A DNA stretch of 64,000 nucleotides from Phoronis australis (lineage: Eukaryota; Animalia; Phoronida): contig NMRA01000003.1 in assembly GCA_002633005.1 (NCBI GenBank), positions 2,453,159 to 2,517,158 on the forward strand, given 5' to 3'. Positions 11,701 to 26,700 of this stretch are shown here, piece by piece; position 1 is the first letter of the stretch, and the number at the start of each line of letters is the position of its first letter. A program made the position numbers and the translations under genes. Below the pieces are notes generated by a model. That model did not search any database. It was not told the DNA's origin and saw only the letters and a program-made list of their open reading frames with translations.

Positions 11701-14700
11701 TTGTTCTCTTGCACCGATGAGTATTCATTGAAAAATTTTTTGAATTTGAAGGAAAAATAATTGGTCATTTTTATTTTTTCAGTATTTCCTCTCGAGTGTA
11801 GAATTCACCTTGATAACCACGTAAAAATCTCTCCAATTTTGGACAAAGTAGTCGCTAAAATTGAATATTTTTCATTTCTGAAAAGATTTAGCATGGTTTT
11901 GAGTTCCTACAATTTCTCAAAACTCTACGTGACAGTTATGGTTTAGTGGTACCCTTGATAAATGTCGGATCCTTGAGAAAGGTCCAAATTTGTCTGGCTT
12001 CGGGAACGTTATGTCTCGGCATTGTCTTATGAAACTTTCACTTAGTACGCCTTAATGCATATTCTAAATATTTCGACTAAATGCTCAGACTTGTTGACAG
12101 GGTTCATCGTGACTGCATTCTTGGGTGGGTATTAAAATCATTCTTATAAGGATGGTGTACACACTGTCAGGTCGCCCTATTGTGTTGTTCAGGTAGGTTT
12201 GACTGCAGAGGTCAGGTCATATCATATCATCAAAGGAACAACAGCTACAATGAGTGCTATTTCTCTTTCCTTCTGTTGTAGTTGTCTGATTTTTGCCTTT
12301 CAAGCTATTAAAAAGTTCTGTTCAATTTTCAATGACAAATTTAGCTTTTACTGTCTGCAGTGTATGAAATAGGTGGTATCAAATGTTGCCACGACATAGT
12401 GCTTATCACTGACATCTAATGACAAACAAAAGAGGCCAGTCATATGTGCCTATGGTAAACCCATCTGGTAAGAAGCATTGATAGTTCCCCATGTGATGTA
12501 GCGGCATGGCGACATTTCTTTAATGTTAATAAAGCTTTTGTTTGGTACTATTTATGGAAAAATGAAAAAAATATTGATTAGTCATATTGTTCCTTAAATT
12601 GGCGAGATCTTATCACAGTACTGGTTTCATTTCAAGGCACTCAACAATTTGATAGTACTGGCAAGGGAGGAGTCAGGCGCACAGACAATATACCGGAAGG
12701 GTGGTGTCTCTCGCTTGATTGAACTACTGAATGAGACCGACAGAGCTATCCTGCAGGCCTCAGTCAGAGTTCTGTCCTGCTTGGTCCGACAGAGTCGTGA
12801 GAGGGTCAGTAACACCGAGTAGACTTGGAGTTTATAGAATGCATTTTCATTTAACAAAATTTGAATTATTGGACATATTCCGTTCATTTAGTCTATGCAT
12901 TTCTGAACGCACAAAGGTGGATTTAGGGGTCTCTGGGGACATGGGCACCCTTGTGGCTGTGACCTTGAAAATAAAATGTTTGTAGGCTAATTCTCCATTT
13001 ATATGGAACAAATTAAATTGAATATATTTTCCAGTATTTGGGATATGCAAAATAAACTGAACATACTGGTGCAGAGTTCGCTAAAAATGATACAACATTC
13101 ATTGTTGGATACTGTCTTTCTTCATTTCTCGTATTGTCTTAAAATACTCTGTAAGTGCGGATCGCATCTGCAGCTAGCTTCCCAAGCGATATCGTTACAA
13201 GAATAAACAATAGAAAATTTGTTTTTAAAATTGTATTAGACTGCAGTACGTCGAATGTATACTACATTCATCGAAGGCAAGAAATAAAATGAGAGCTCAG
13301 TGAGGAGTGAGACATAACACACCATTCACAACACAGCAATGGGGAACTTGGCGTAGCAAGTGATCAAAGGTCTATACCATCAACAGTGCTGCCAGTGGTC
13401 ACTACAGGGGAGCTACTTGACAGATGCAATCCACACTCAAGGAGTATTTTTAGACACTATGAGAAATACAGAAAGAAGTTATCTAGCAACGAATGTTGTA
13501 TGATTTTTAACGAACTTTGCACCAGAGGGCACTGCTACCAAATTGTACTAACTTCGTCTGTTGTGTATATGCGAAATTATTCAAGCATTGCCAGCTGTCG
13601 GTGTGGGAATTTACCGAATTGCTGTCTATATGTTGTCATGGGGATCTAATTATAAAATAACAGTGGTTGTTACTTTATCCTATTCCAAGAAAGAAGCACT
13701 TTACTCCATTGTGGATGTAGCGCTTTATTGAACAAATGCCTCTGGGTCACAGGACACCCATCTAGGTTGTCCCTTTCATTTACAACTGCATAAAATATCC
13801 CTTATGAATTGATGAATTGAGTGGTGATTATGCAGTTTTCATAATTATATTCAACACAGTTAAAGTTGTGTCTGTTATTAGGGTTAACAATAGGACTTTG
13901 CATAGACATTTTCTGAGGCGCATAACTGACTGTGTGAATTAGAATACTCGAGAAATCCAACCATGTAGCCTCCTGAAAATAGTGAAGGACAAAATTTTTC
14001 CAGTTTTATGTGTGTAACATAGTAGGAAGTTACCGTTTGCTGTCTTAGGGTTATTGTGAATGTCTGTCCTTTGTTAATTGCTATCGTTTCCCCCCTTGCG
14101 TCAAAGTGTAATTTTTAGTCTAAACCATTGTGGAACTATTTTTGAAGAATGATCCAGCTAATTGGTTGTGTTTTTCATATCCTGTTATTGTCGTATACCG
14201 GGGATTTTTTAAAGCGCCCCTATCAACATAAAGCCCGCTTGGGGACTTTTTCGGAATCGTTTTATATGCCTGGCATGGGGCGAACATGAAAAATGGACCA
14301 AGTTGCCACTATTTTCTCAATTTGGGTTCTTAAAAGGATCTTTAAATAGTTAAAATTTACCATAAGTGTTGCCGAACTGCTCTTATTGAAGCCAAACTGT
14401 CAGCAAACTGAAATCCTGCTGATATTTCAAGTCCATCACTGGTGTTTCTTTGACTCTCTGTAACAGCACAGGCAACTGTGTTACCGTTGACTAAAAGCGC
14501 AGCTATATTCTGCTGGCACACAACCAACCACTCTTTATTGTCAACGACGTTTACTGTGAATCGGTCAAAAATGATTTGGGTTCACGCATTTGCTTAAAGC
14601 ACTTTTTAAACCCTGAATGAGGGCGCTGCATTTGGCTATACAACTTTCCAAAAGAGCCCCAGTATATGCATAACTATGCCCTTCCCTGACTTAAGAAGAT

Positions 14701-17700
14701 GTCTGTTTCACGCTAAGATGTATGTGGTGGTTGTACCCATCTCTTGACAGGCTACTGTAATACTCAAGTCAACGGGTCTGAGTAAGTTATGTGCCTTGAT
14801 GGGCTGTGACACTGAGGAAGTGTGTGTGGCTGTCTCACATCTTGTCCACAACATTATCAACGGGATAACTGACTTGGAGAAGTTTAGGGAGAGTTACAGG
14901 AGACACCAGGAGGAGATACGACGCGAGGGTCGGGCCAGGAAAAGATTTGAACCCCTCAAACTAGGTGAGAAGTGCTGTTTGAGCTGATGAAGTGGCATGC
15001 TTATATTGTGGTCATATTTTTATAGGGGGCTTTGAGGAGGTGTTACAGAGTTTTTAATTTTATGAGAACCTAAAATGATAGATATTGCACGAACTTGTCA
15101 ATGGATTATAACCAAATGTGACATTAGCAACGTCACATTTATCTTGTGTACCACCCTGTATGCAGAGCAGTGTGTAGTGCTTGAGTGTATTGGGTGTAGG
15201 AGGAGAGTACAAATAAACAAAATGCCAAACGGTAGATAAATGACATTTACGGTTTTACTCAGTCCCAAATGTCTCAAAAATGTTGCGAAAGTGAAATGTA
15301 TTCTTGTTGTAAATTAAAGGAACTTTTGATCAAAGAAAATTGACATCATCCATGCAGCTTTGAATAAAAATGTCTCAGTCATGATCCTTCAAGTTTTACA
15401 TCCACTATAAACAAAGCTTGGAATTTTCCGCGGAAACGCGAATTTCCACTTTTTTCATTCTTTCTCTGCGCATTTTTGATATTTCTGCAGAAAAAAGTCG
15501 GATTTGCGATTAAATTTCCGCCACAAATTTGTTTCTATCCGCGGCATTGCCGCCGACTTTCAGCTCGAAAAGCAGAAACTACTCTTAATGTTTCGGAGAA
15601 ACGTATATCATCATTCATTGTCTGCTTGTGGTTGTAAATTGCGGTGACAAATACTGCAATTCTGCAGCCAAAATTGTGTGGAGGTGGGAGTGGACAGAAT
15701 ATTTCATGGAAGAAGTGGATGAAAGAATTGGAAAATATGTTCGCAAACAACAAAAGTCAAGGTTTCCACTCTGTTTGCCAGAGAGGAATCAATTACGGCC
15801 TGCTTGGCCAAATCGCCTTGGAGGACCACCTGAAAATGATGAAACATTTGAAAGAAAAACGCTTACTGAAAAGAAACTCTACCATAACTGGTAAGTAATT
15901 CGTTGGATTTGCTATGTAAAAGCATTGGAATCGTGGGATGTGAGTGATATATGAAATTCTTTTTGTTTTATCCCTTTTGCCAAATTGGCTGGTTGGCCTG
16001 AGTCTTCTTTTTTCTACTTGCCGCCGAAATGGGATACAAAGTGCTATTTTCAATGCTGCAATGATGTTTTAAAGTGCCGTTGACATATTCTAATTTATTT
16101 CGATATTTTTCATGACTTATTTTATGTCTTTGATACTGACCGACTCGAGCTTTGCAGTTCAAGAGTGAATCGGTCACTTGCCAGGTTCTAAATGATCTGA
16201 TTGGTCTAAGCCACGTTTACAAATTCTACCACCCTATTTTCAGGGTCCTGGTAGTTATTCCTTTTGTAAAATGAGTCACATAGTTTGTTCTGCGTGGCTT
16301 ATGAACAATTAACACCTATGATAATTATTGTTTGAAACTGAAGTTTGGCCAACTTAGGATTATGATTGGTGTATTCCGTAGTTTAAATTATGTTATTTTT
16401 TGACTTTCGTTTTTTGCCATGTTAACAGTTTGGGGATGAGCTGTCTTTACTTTTTCCGTTTTCGTTGGAATTGTGTATATATTTCAGGCTTTCCAGATTT
16501 TCTCATTTTTATAATTATGTATCATAATCATAAGAACTGAAAGTAATTTTTTTTCTTGTTGAACTTTTTTCTGTTTAGCTTTTTTTTCGCTAGTAGATTG
16601 TTCAGCGGTCGGTGTGCTGGGTCAGTCATTTGAAATGAAAGTTTTTGCAATTCAAGTACTTGAGGGAACGTTCACAGTTTGTTCGAGTGTACAAAACATA
16701 TTATGCTTTCCTAACACATTGCTTAAACTTTTATGTCATGCAAGCAGCAAGATTCCTGAGGGGAGGTGGGAACGCTAATGAAATTGGTGATAATTTTGAG
16801 CAATCTCTAAGTTGACATTTGCACGAGTACAAAATGCTTTGACATAAACAAAAATTCAAAAGTCTTTCGGAACAAAGCGTGAAAATACCTGGTGAACTGT
16901 TCAACTTCTGTTGTAGTCTGTTTTTTATTTTCTATGCCACTTTGAAATTAATATTCCACTGTTTGACTAATGGCAAAAATTCTATTACATGTTGTAATAG
17001 AAATTGATGGATTTAGACACTTACAAATCATGTCAGTAGACAGACCCTTGCAAACTTAAGAGAGATATTGTTTCAGTTTCATATGACTAATTTTGTTGTG
17101 TTTGTTGCCTCTAATTTCTCGTTTTCCTACTAGATATCACTCCTCTACACTTTGTATTTGTGTATATGTGTTATGCTTTGAATTAATAAAAATACATGAC
17201 TAGTTGCTAAGTGTATATTGCAAATGTATGACCACTCATTCTGCTGGTATCCAGGTTGCACAACAACTGAATTTTATATTTTTTATCATATGTCAGGCTG
17301 TGCCTAAGGAAAACGTTTATGGTGCCCATCTCATGTTTGGTGGCAAGCTTGTAGAAGAGAGCTTGCCAACATTCATTCTCATTGGTGACAGAGTCAGCAA
17401 CTCAAAAGCTATGGTATGCATTTTGACCAGTAAAAAAGACAGACCATGGGAATTTTACATGGTTTGTAGCGCTGTCACAACTTCATAACATGTTCTGCGT
17501 ATGACACCAGAAAAATTGCAATTTACACTTAAAGGAATGTCATAGTCTTCAATTTTCACAGCCAACCTCTCATGCTAGTAGTCCAGACATACTGTTGTAG
17601 TAGTTTTGTGTACAAAATTTCATATTTACCGTATTCGCCCTAATAAGTGCCCATGCCCCTATAAGCGCTCCCCCCACACGTTTTCAGACATCGATAAAAT

Positions 17701-20700
17701 AAGTGCCCTGCCCATGAATGTGTATACATGCGAAAAATCCCTTACCTACAGTTCTAAAATTCTACAGTAACGTCTTCAATTTATCAATAAGATCCGATAG
17801 TCCTGACAAAATGATTGTGCACGGAATTTGCAGACAACAAGCCTTGCTGCTATCTGGGTATTCAGGCGTGACTATATACTTCAAACTTCTGCAGTGCTTC
17901 AAAAGGAACGCTCAAGTTTTGCCGCTCTTGCGAGGAGTGTGTCCCACTATGGTTAGGCCTTTCAGAACAGATGCAGCATACTTGTCAGCAGGATTGTATT
18001 GTTTCTTTCCAGTACAGATCTTTTCCCTCATCAGGAATCCAAACTTCTTTGAACACTTGAAAACCTCGAATCGAAGACTAATAAAAAAACTTGACTGGTG
18101 TTAGAAGCATGTGGCCAGGAATCGCACACTACATACACGTAGGCCTGCTACTCTGGCAAATGAACTCTGATGACACGCATGCACTCGCTCACTTGGCGCA
18201 CAACAAGGGGTGTTCGTCCAGATTTTTCTCGTGTTGCGGAGTGCGATCTAGCACAGATTTGGACTTAATCTGCGGTTAATCCTGACTCCACAGGAACTTA
18301 AAAATCTTAGGGACACTATTTGGAAAACTTTCATTTAATTTGTTGAGTGAAAACTGTTTTTTATTTAAGAATTCAAGTTGCCCTATTGACGATGGCTAGG
18401 CAGCGACCCTTCAGTTGGTGAGTTTTCGCCCAGGGATTTCCGCACAATTTTCTGAAATAGGATCATAATTTAACAACAAAGTTCAATAGCAATGCACCAC
18501 AATTTTGTGGAAAGTCTGTCATAGGTTACAGATAGGTCGCAGAGCGTAAATTTGATGAATCCTAACTTCCGATTTCACCCATTTCGGAGAACGGACTTCA
18601 ACCGCTTTAGGCGCCCCACTCCCGAAACGAATTTTTCTATGCGCCCTGGGTGCTTATTAGGGCGAATGCGATATTGGAAAAGAAAATTATGTCAATCTCC
18701 ATGAGGAACAGTCACATGACTTATGAATATCTTGACATCTCTACAAATTTAAAGAAGATTCTATGATCATCATATATTCAAAAATATGTAGTTGTACGAG
18801 TTAAAATCACGAGTCCTTTGTGACAAAGCTAGCTGATAACCTTAAAGAACTTCAGCAAATCAAGAATTAAGCTTCTATCACTCACACCGCAAATGTTGCA
18901 TTATTATCTTTTTTATTTTGATTTTAAAAAAATATCTTGTTTGCAGCTAATTGTCTTCATTGCTGAGAATTCTCTGCCACTGTCAGCTGCACCAAAGGTA
19001 CTTGATCTGGTAAAGTCCCTCGCCAATGACAAGCCGTGTTCAAGTGAGTGCTACTTGATAATTCCACTGCCTCGCATAAGCTTAAATATGGTGTGGCAGA
19101 AACTGCATGAAAAGCTTCTCACACAGCTAAGGGAGATACCATTCTCTCTAAACCTTGAGGAATCCACAAACTCCAACAGCAGTTAAGAAGTTGTGGTTGT
19201 ACTTTTAAGTCATTTTTCCGAGAAGAAGAGGATTCTCATAAAGCACTTGGTTTCTTTTGTAATACTAAGTCTCACCAGGCAACAGCTGTTTGTGGAAATT
19301 GACAAAATGTTCAAGCTGTATAATCTGTCAGTCATAGTTGTAATTTGATCTAGTGTATATTGTGTAAATATGATCAAAATCTTGGTATTGATTCATTGAT
19401 GTGACACTGGCAAAAATTATGATGTATTTTAATGTTAAAAAATTTTGGAGCTTGTAAGATAAAAGAATTTGTCAGTCATATATGTATATATATGTATCAT
19501 ATTCATTACGCCACATCTTAAATGTCAATTGTCATATAGTGTTTGATTTTACTTTATTTCTGTTTCTGTTGACAAAGGATGTCATTATATGCGAAAATTT
19601 CAGTTGATCCATTCTTGTTGTTTTATTTACATATATATATATTCTACATTTCGTGAAACAATAGTATCCTTGAGAGGATCTGGATCACCTTATTTAGTTT
19701 CAGATTTATTTTCTACCTTATTTATCAGTTATAATAGTTGTAATGTGATTTAAGTGTATATTGCATGATTGTGTACATTATAATCTACATCTTGGAAGTA
19801 TTAATTCATTGGCATGACAGTGGCAAAAATGTTATGATGTACTATGTTATCAAGTTTTGGAACTTGTATTAAGTTAAAAGAATTTGTCAGTGGTAGTTGT
19901 ATGTTAAGTGATGCGATGACATCTGGAGTACATGAGGTAATTGTGTGCATTGTGATTTACACCTTGAAAGTAATGGCGTATTATGTGATGAAATTTTGGA
20001 GCTTTTAAGTGAAAAAACTTTGTCAGTCATAGTTGAAAGGTTATCTTCCTGAGTTGTTGTATAAGATGTGATTTGATAGACATCCAATTCAAAATACATG
20101 ACTTGTTCACATTATGATCTACGTCTTGTGTCCAAATTATTGTTGCTGATCAAGATGTCGGCTACTGTTTGGTGATGAGTGCAATTCCCCCTCGTTAAAC
20201 CGCTGAAGTTGAATGTGTTTTGCTAACACGACACAATTACAGGGCATCGTGTGATAAAAATGTTAACTTTCGATCTGTTGAGGTATGCAGTGGTGTATTT
20301 GGGGGCAGTACAAAAATACTATTTTTTGTCAAGGGTCATCCCTGTATAAACCTGCCTTTTGTTAATGAAAACTTCTCATTTAAACTACTTTAACCATAAA
20401 ATAAGCCCCAACTCGCTCATTCCTCAGCATGACACCCTCTCCTTTTAAATTTCACTGCATTCTCTGTTGCTGGAATTAAGATCACTTTGATAAAGCTGTG
20501 GTATACATCTCAGATCACTCCTCTGTGTTACTCCGACAGGGAGTAAACAAGAGGGGTTGGCACATATCAACAAAGGAACAGCAGTTGCAATGGGCATTTC
20601 TTCTCTTTTCTTCTGCTGTTGTTAGACAATTTTTGAATAACATCAGTCTTTGGCCGTATCGTAATGAGAAATTGAAAACTGAGCGCCGTAATTAAAAACT

Positions 20701-23700
20701 GTAACGATTTGCTTAGGCTAAAAGCCTCATCAGATGGTAAGACTTACAACCTAATCACAGGACAACCAAATTAAGTCTGCTGAGTGAAAACGCTGATTTT
20801 CTGTAACAGTTGTAGGTTGCATGAAGATATCTGCTGATTCACCAAAGTAATAAACTGCTTTATGTGCAATTTTTTTTTGTTGACTGACTTATTGCCCTAT
20901 CAGGATTGACTCCATGCTGGTTAGACTGACAGTGCCTTTTGACACTTGCTTTATCACCTGAGAGTGTTGTTTTCAGCAAGGCACTCTTCCAACCTTTGAG
21001 TTAGGTCTATGTAAAATTTGCTGCAGTTTCACAATCTTTTGGAGCATCCCAGATTACACAGCGACACTAGGATTGCACTGTGCCACAATATCTGTATTTT
21101 GTGCCATTGGAGTTCCACATGTTCTTTGTTGTATTCTTTACAACTTTTTCTCGGCTCCATTACCGTCTATTGTTTCTTTCAATGTCAAGGAAGTATTACT
21201 GCTTTGCTGTGTGCTGCAACTCCAGCAGGTAACCGTGGCGAGTATCTATGGATGAGTGATTTTAGGTTCTTCACTTTCCTGACATCAGTCAAAGACAAGA
21301 AAATACAGAGCGATTTGATTAAGCAAGTTAACTTTGTTGATTCTACTTGGAACCTAACTGAATTTCTTTCCTCAACGATAGCTTTTCAGTTGAGTTTCTT
21401 TTTAATGGTTAAAATTGGCCATACACCACGACAGTTTCTGACATTATCTGTGAAAGTGCGCACTTTCTTACCTCTGGGACAAAGGAGAGTTCTATTGCTG
21501 TGCAGGACAGCCCTAGTCTATAAACAACACAGTACAATAATGGTATGGAAGATTTCAAATGGCTGTGAATATTGATAGTTTATGTATACATGTTATAAAA
21601 GAACCATGAAGTCTTAAACATGCATTTGGCTTGTTTACTAGTATAAGGCTAGTCAATTGACGTTCATGTTTTTTAGTCGGTGGGCCAGATCTCATAGCGT
21701 TCATCCTTGTGAGAACTTTGGGGGGCAACCTAGTTTTTTCTATGTGGCTAGATAATATAAATAAAAATCAAATTCCACTCCCAGTACGAGGTAGAGAATA
21801 GTAGACTTTCTCTTTTTAGGACTCGTTTCTAGCCTATCAGTAACTCTACTCAATTAGTCAAAAAGGTTTTGTGTACACTTTTCAAGGAAATTTTGTGTGT
21901 TACCAACCATTAGCTCTCAGGAGATTAAAAGTATTTCTCAGGTTTGTATTAGACTTGAAGGCTAGGTCAGTCCATCATATTTTGCATGCAGGGTACATCA
22001 AACAATTTACTAATCCCTTGTTCTACTGCAAGGGTACAAAGCTATCAGATTTCATGTAAAGACCAGAGAGTGTGGGTTTACAATAAATAGATGTAACAAT
22101 ATCACCATTTACTCATCACAGAAGAATATCCAGTAATGGGCAAAATAGAATCTGTTTCTATTTCTGTAGTGAATTTTTTGATTGGATGTTAGGAGTTCAT
22201 GAATTGAAAAATAGGTCTACTTTAACTAGACTTGCGAGGAAATCAAGAATGTGTCATCCGCATATCTCCGACATTCATCTGGTTCGAAATATTTGATTCA
22301 ATTGCAAAGGGCAATTCCCTCTGGTGGCTCTTGAATTATATTAAATTATATTTAATTTTGGTCGTATGAGAGAACCCATGGTAACGTTGTATATCCGGTC
22401 ATAATATTCACTTTTAAACAAGACACGGTTTAAAGTCTGTACTTTATCAGTTGGGCTATATAACATATCTCTATAACTTCATCAATTGGTATATTGATAA
22501 ATAAGCTTGTTACGCTATATCGAAACTGCTCGTGAAAGGAGTGTGCGGTTAATAGAATGAATCTCTTCAACCAAATGAAAGGAAGCTCTTACATAAGCTC
22601 TGTCGTTGATTAAATTTAAAATAGTGACTAGAAATTTTGTTAATAATAACTGATACAGTACGGTAGGTCCCAGAGGTACACTGCTTTATGAGTTGAACGA
22701 GCTGATAGGGAACCACTCGGTCAAACTGTGTCGTAAGTTTCCTTTACGATTGCACTAGTACGCCTGGCTTGGTATAATCAGTCAATATTGGGATCACGAG
22801 TTTCAAGTTACCGTTATTAATGTCATTTGAGAGTTTACACTTCATTTAAAGAGCAGGTATCTTCATTCAATTACAACTGTGGTAGAAATTGTCTTAACTC
22901 AATTTTGACTTGTCTTGTGACAAATTTGACGTGTGCTTTACCATCCAACAATGCTTTTAGAAATAAAGCGACAAATTGTTAATTTTTTTTACTATAGTGC
23001 CTGTTTCATTAAATTTCAGCTGTCCAATTTCTGCCATTCAAACTATGAAAAAGTTCAACTTTCATTGATAGGTATAGTTTTTATGCAGTCCGAAGTAGTG
23101 AGACAGAAAGTTGCCATGAAGAGACAGTGGTTAACACTGGCACCTGTCTCTGTTCTCTAAATCCCTTAACAAAAAGCTGGTCATAATAGTCCAGGGGCTG
23201 TTTTGAGTGCCAATTGGTAAGAAGCATTCTTGTGTAGTCATGTAGTGCCTAATGGATTACAGTATAAATGTTTTTAGGGCTAGAGAAGAACAGTTGAATG
23301 TTGCTTGAGATCAGGATCAATAAGCTGGCAGGTTAATTTATGCGCCAAGCATTGTTCAAAGCATTAATTACAGTTTCACAGTTCTTTCCGAGTCCAAAAG
23401 TCGTCTGAACGAGCAATAAATTGAAACCAATTTCACAGTGGTCGAAATCAAAAGTAAGCTTTGTTAACAGAAGACAAGCTTATTGCAACATTAATGGAAA
23501 AATCAACCAAACCTTGTATTTTTTGTTACTTCTTGCTTCGAACGTAACCTATATCTTATGGGTGTTGCCATGGTGATCATACTAATTGTGACTTCATGCT
23601 CATTATTCTAAACTATTTTTTCACCTTGCCTGCTTTTATGTTGTCCTAGATGATTAGTGTTCATACTTGAAGTATTGAAAATTTCCAGATACTTTTACTT

Positions 23701-26700
23701 TTTCTAGAATTTCATCGAAAATGCTGTTTTTAGAGAAAGAAAAGTAAACAGAAAAATATATTTTTTTGCATTTAGTTAATTTTTGTTGTTGTTGGCTCAA
23801 AGATTACAATTTTGCTGTCTTAGACAAACTTGTAATTAAAACCTTTAAGCTAATTCCTGAAAATTTATTTTTCAACATGTTTACAAATGCTTTTGCTTGA
23901 ATTTATCTTTTCATGAATCGAATACACAAAAAAAATTACAACAATTTGGCTGAAGAGTTTGGTTTGATCATGTCTAAAGTGGCACTGTGATCTGTGATAT
24001 GTTACCTCCATGACATCTTACGCCTTCTTCATTGTGAACATTAGGCAAACCTGATGTTGAGTGTGCTGTTCCCTAAGGCAGCAGGCTGTGTTGATTAGCT
24101 TTGAACCTTATAAATAAAATCTGTGTACTCCACAAAATTGACTGCTCCTGCTTTTGTTTTCTTCTGGTGATAAACAAATCAATTATTTGTTTGTGGTTAA
24201 TTTATTGATGTCCACTGGGGTCATCATTTACACTGTTTGTGAATGCATGCACGTGAGGTCAGCCAGCGTGTGATGGAAACATGTGGTCAAGTCATAGAAA
24301 CACTTTGTGTTAATCGATCCTGTCCTACCTCAAAACATTTGACCATGTGCTGCTCTAGTGGAAGTTGTCCTGTCTTGAATAGTAAACAGCTTGAAATTGG
24401 ATGCAAATGATGAGTGCCCTGTACATCCCAAGGGACATAATAAAATCTGGTTCCAGTTAGCGCTAGTTAACATTGACATTTGAGGGAGCTTAGTATGTGA
24501 CTCGCGTAAAAGCAAGTGTCATGGTGTTTTTTCCTGGTCCATTTAGCAGTATTCTAATTTGTTTTCATAAATATTATGTGTTCTTCGGTTTAATATTGAA
24601 CAACACTTTTTGTCAACAGTGAAGTAAATTACAATAAAGTCATGCCAATTTTGGTAAAAAAATTATCGTCAAAATTGCCCTTTTTCACGGACAAATTTTA
24701 TGTGAGTGCATGCCATCATCACTCTCCGGCCTCCTGGCATCAGGCATCTGCCGCTGTATCCATTAAATCCCTTGTAGGATCATAATGAGATTTGGCAGAT
24801 GAATTCCTATAATGACAAATTGCGGCAAGTTTCAGACCAAGCCAACTACTGCTCTGCTCCCTAGTGGCAGTTTCATTTGTTATGTTCATCTCTGTATCAT
24901 TGAGTTACTTGGTGGATTTTCATGAAAATTGACAAATTGTTTTCTATGAAGGAGATTAACACTTCTTCCCATTTTCTGACAGATTTAACAGAATTATTTT
25001 TCTGTGTATTCCGACATGCCCACCCACGATTCCTAGCCAGGCTACTCGTCACCAACTGGCGCACTTGTGCTCGACTATTCAATTTTTACAAAATATGTGG
25101 AAAAAAACATAAAGAAATAGTTTGGTAGTTCTGATTGGTGATGCAGAGAACAACTGGAAATATTAAAAGTTGATGTTCATCCATATGCTTAAGGAAGCAT
25201 TGTACACCTTGCATGGCTGATCACTCATCACAGACTTGGTTCCTTTCTTCTGAAATTCTATGAAAAAATGTAAAAGTTATGTCATTTCACCTCGAAAGTA
25301 GTAAAAAGTACAGCCAAACTAGTGGAATTTTGGGATTCTCAACATGTTCAACGCTCAATCAAACCAGATACATTGAACCTACTTGCCATTCATACCTCCA
25401 AACTTACCAAATCTGGCCTACCCCAAAGATCTATTTCTTACAGAGTATAAATTGCCCATGGTTATTACTGTATAGTGCCACCTAAGGCATCTAAAATATC
25501 TGCCATATTCTGTGATAGATATTGTGTCCATTTTTTCATATTTAACATTTCATTTCTAAATACACAAAGATATACAACAATGAGATATATGCAAATAAAA
25601 CACAGGCACACACACACACATGTGCACACACACACACGCGCACACACACACACACACACGCACATATCTAAATAATAGAACTTCACCGTTGATCTAATCT
25701 AATTAAGTATTGAGGGTTTCCCAAAAGGCAGTTTTGCGGGGTTGTATATTTCTTACTTTACAATAGTTATACAAGAAACATTGAAATTGTGAATATCTAG
25801 GAATAATCTGGTCTCTAGAACATTTATGAATGAAATACTGGCAAATAGTTAATATGGTATTGATATCTTCAAAATTACATCCAAAATATGCTGTCAAAAT
25901 AACATTTTTATCTAAGATTAAATCGTGTTGTGCGGTTACGTAAATTAAAAGTTTCTGAATTTCACATCACAAAGTTTTCACAGAACCACATTCCGCAAAC
26001 ATATGGTTAAATGTCTCAAAAGTTCCACAAGATGCACACTTGTCATCACTTACTAAGTTCATCTTTTTCAAATTAAGTTTTGTAAACACTTTTCTATGAA
26101 TATAGAAATATTTAAAGGTTTTAACATAAGGAGGTAACAAGTGTTTGTGTGGAAGAACATAAACTTGTTCAATTTGTTATCTAGAGTAAATATCAGTTAA
26201 GCTGTACTCTATATCAGGAGGCGAAACAATTTTGGAAAGCAAAATATTTCTAGAAAACACATTAGTAATTTGGCTTGACTGGGGATGTATGCATTTTGAA
26301 ATCAAAGGATCAGCTTTCAACTTAGTCGCACGTCTCAAAGCAGAATAATGAATCCAATTTGAAAGTTTATATCTATTTTTTAAAACCTCCCATGTCAGAA
26401 ATTTATTTTCAAAATTCAAAAGATCCTCCACAAAAATAATACCAGCCTTAAAACTATTAAAGAATACAGTCCTCCTATCAATCAATATGTTTTTGTTATT
26501 CCACACTACTTGGTTTATTTACAATTTTTATATCTTTATGTAAATGAGCACTAATTTCTTCCCAAGCAATCAAGATGTCAAGATAGAAGGTATCAATATT
26601 TGCAAGAGACAGAAAATTACAATCATAATTTGATTTAAAGATCAAAATACCTCCATATGTTTTGAAAACATACCCTGGAAACACTTTGGAAACTTCATTG

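Noticed and set aside
21018-21575. 185-aa plus-strand ORF
   Set aside because: TTG start, Leu/Phe/Cys-rich composition typical of random AT-rich intron sequence, no domain motif, and not needed for the unc-45 reading frame.
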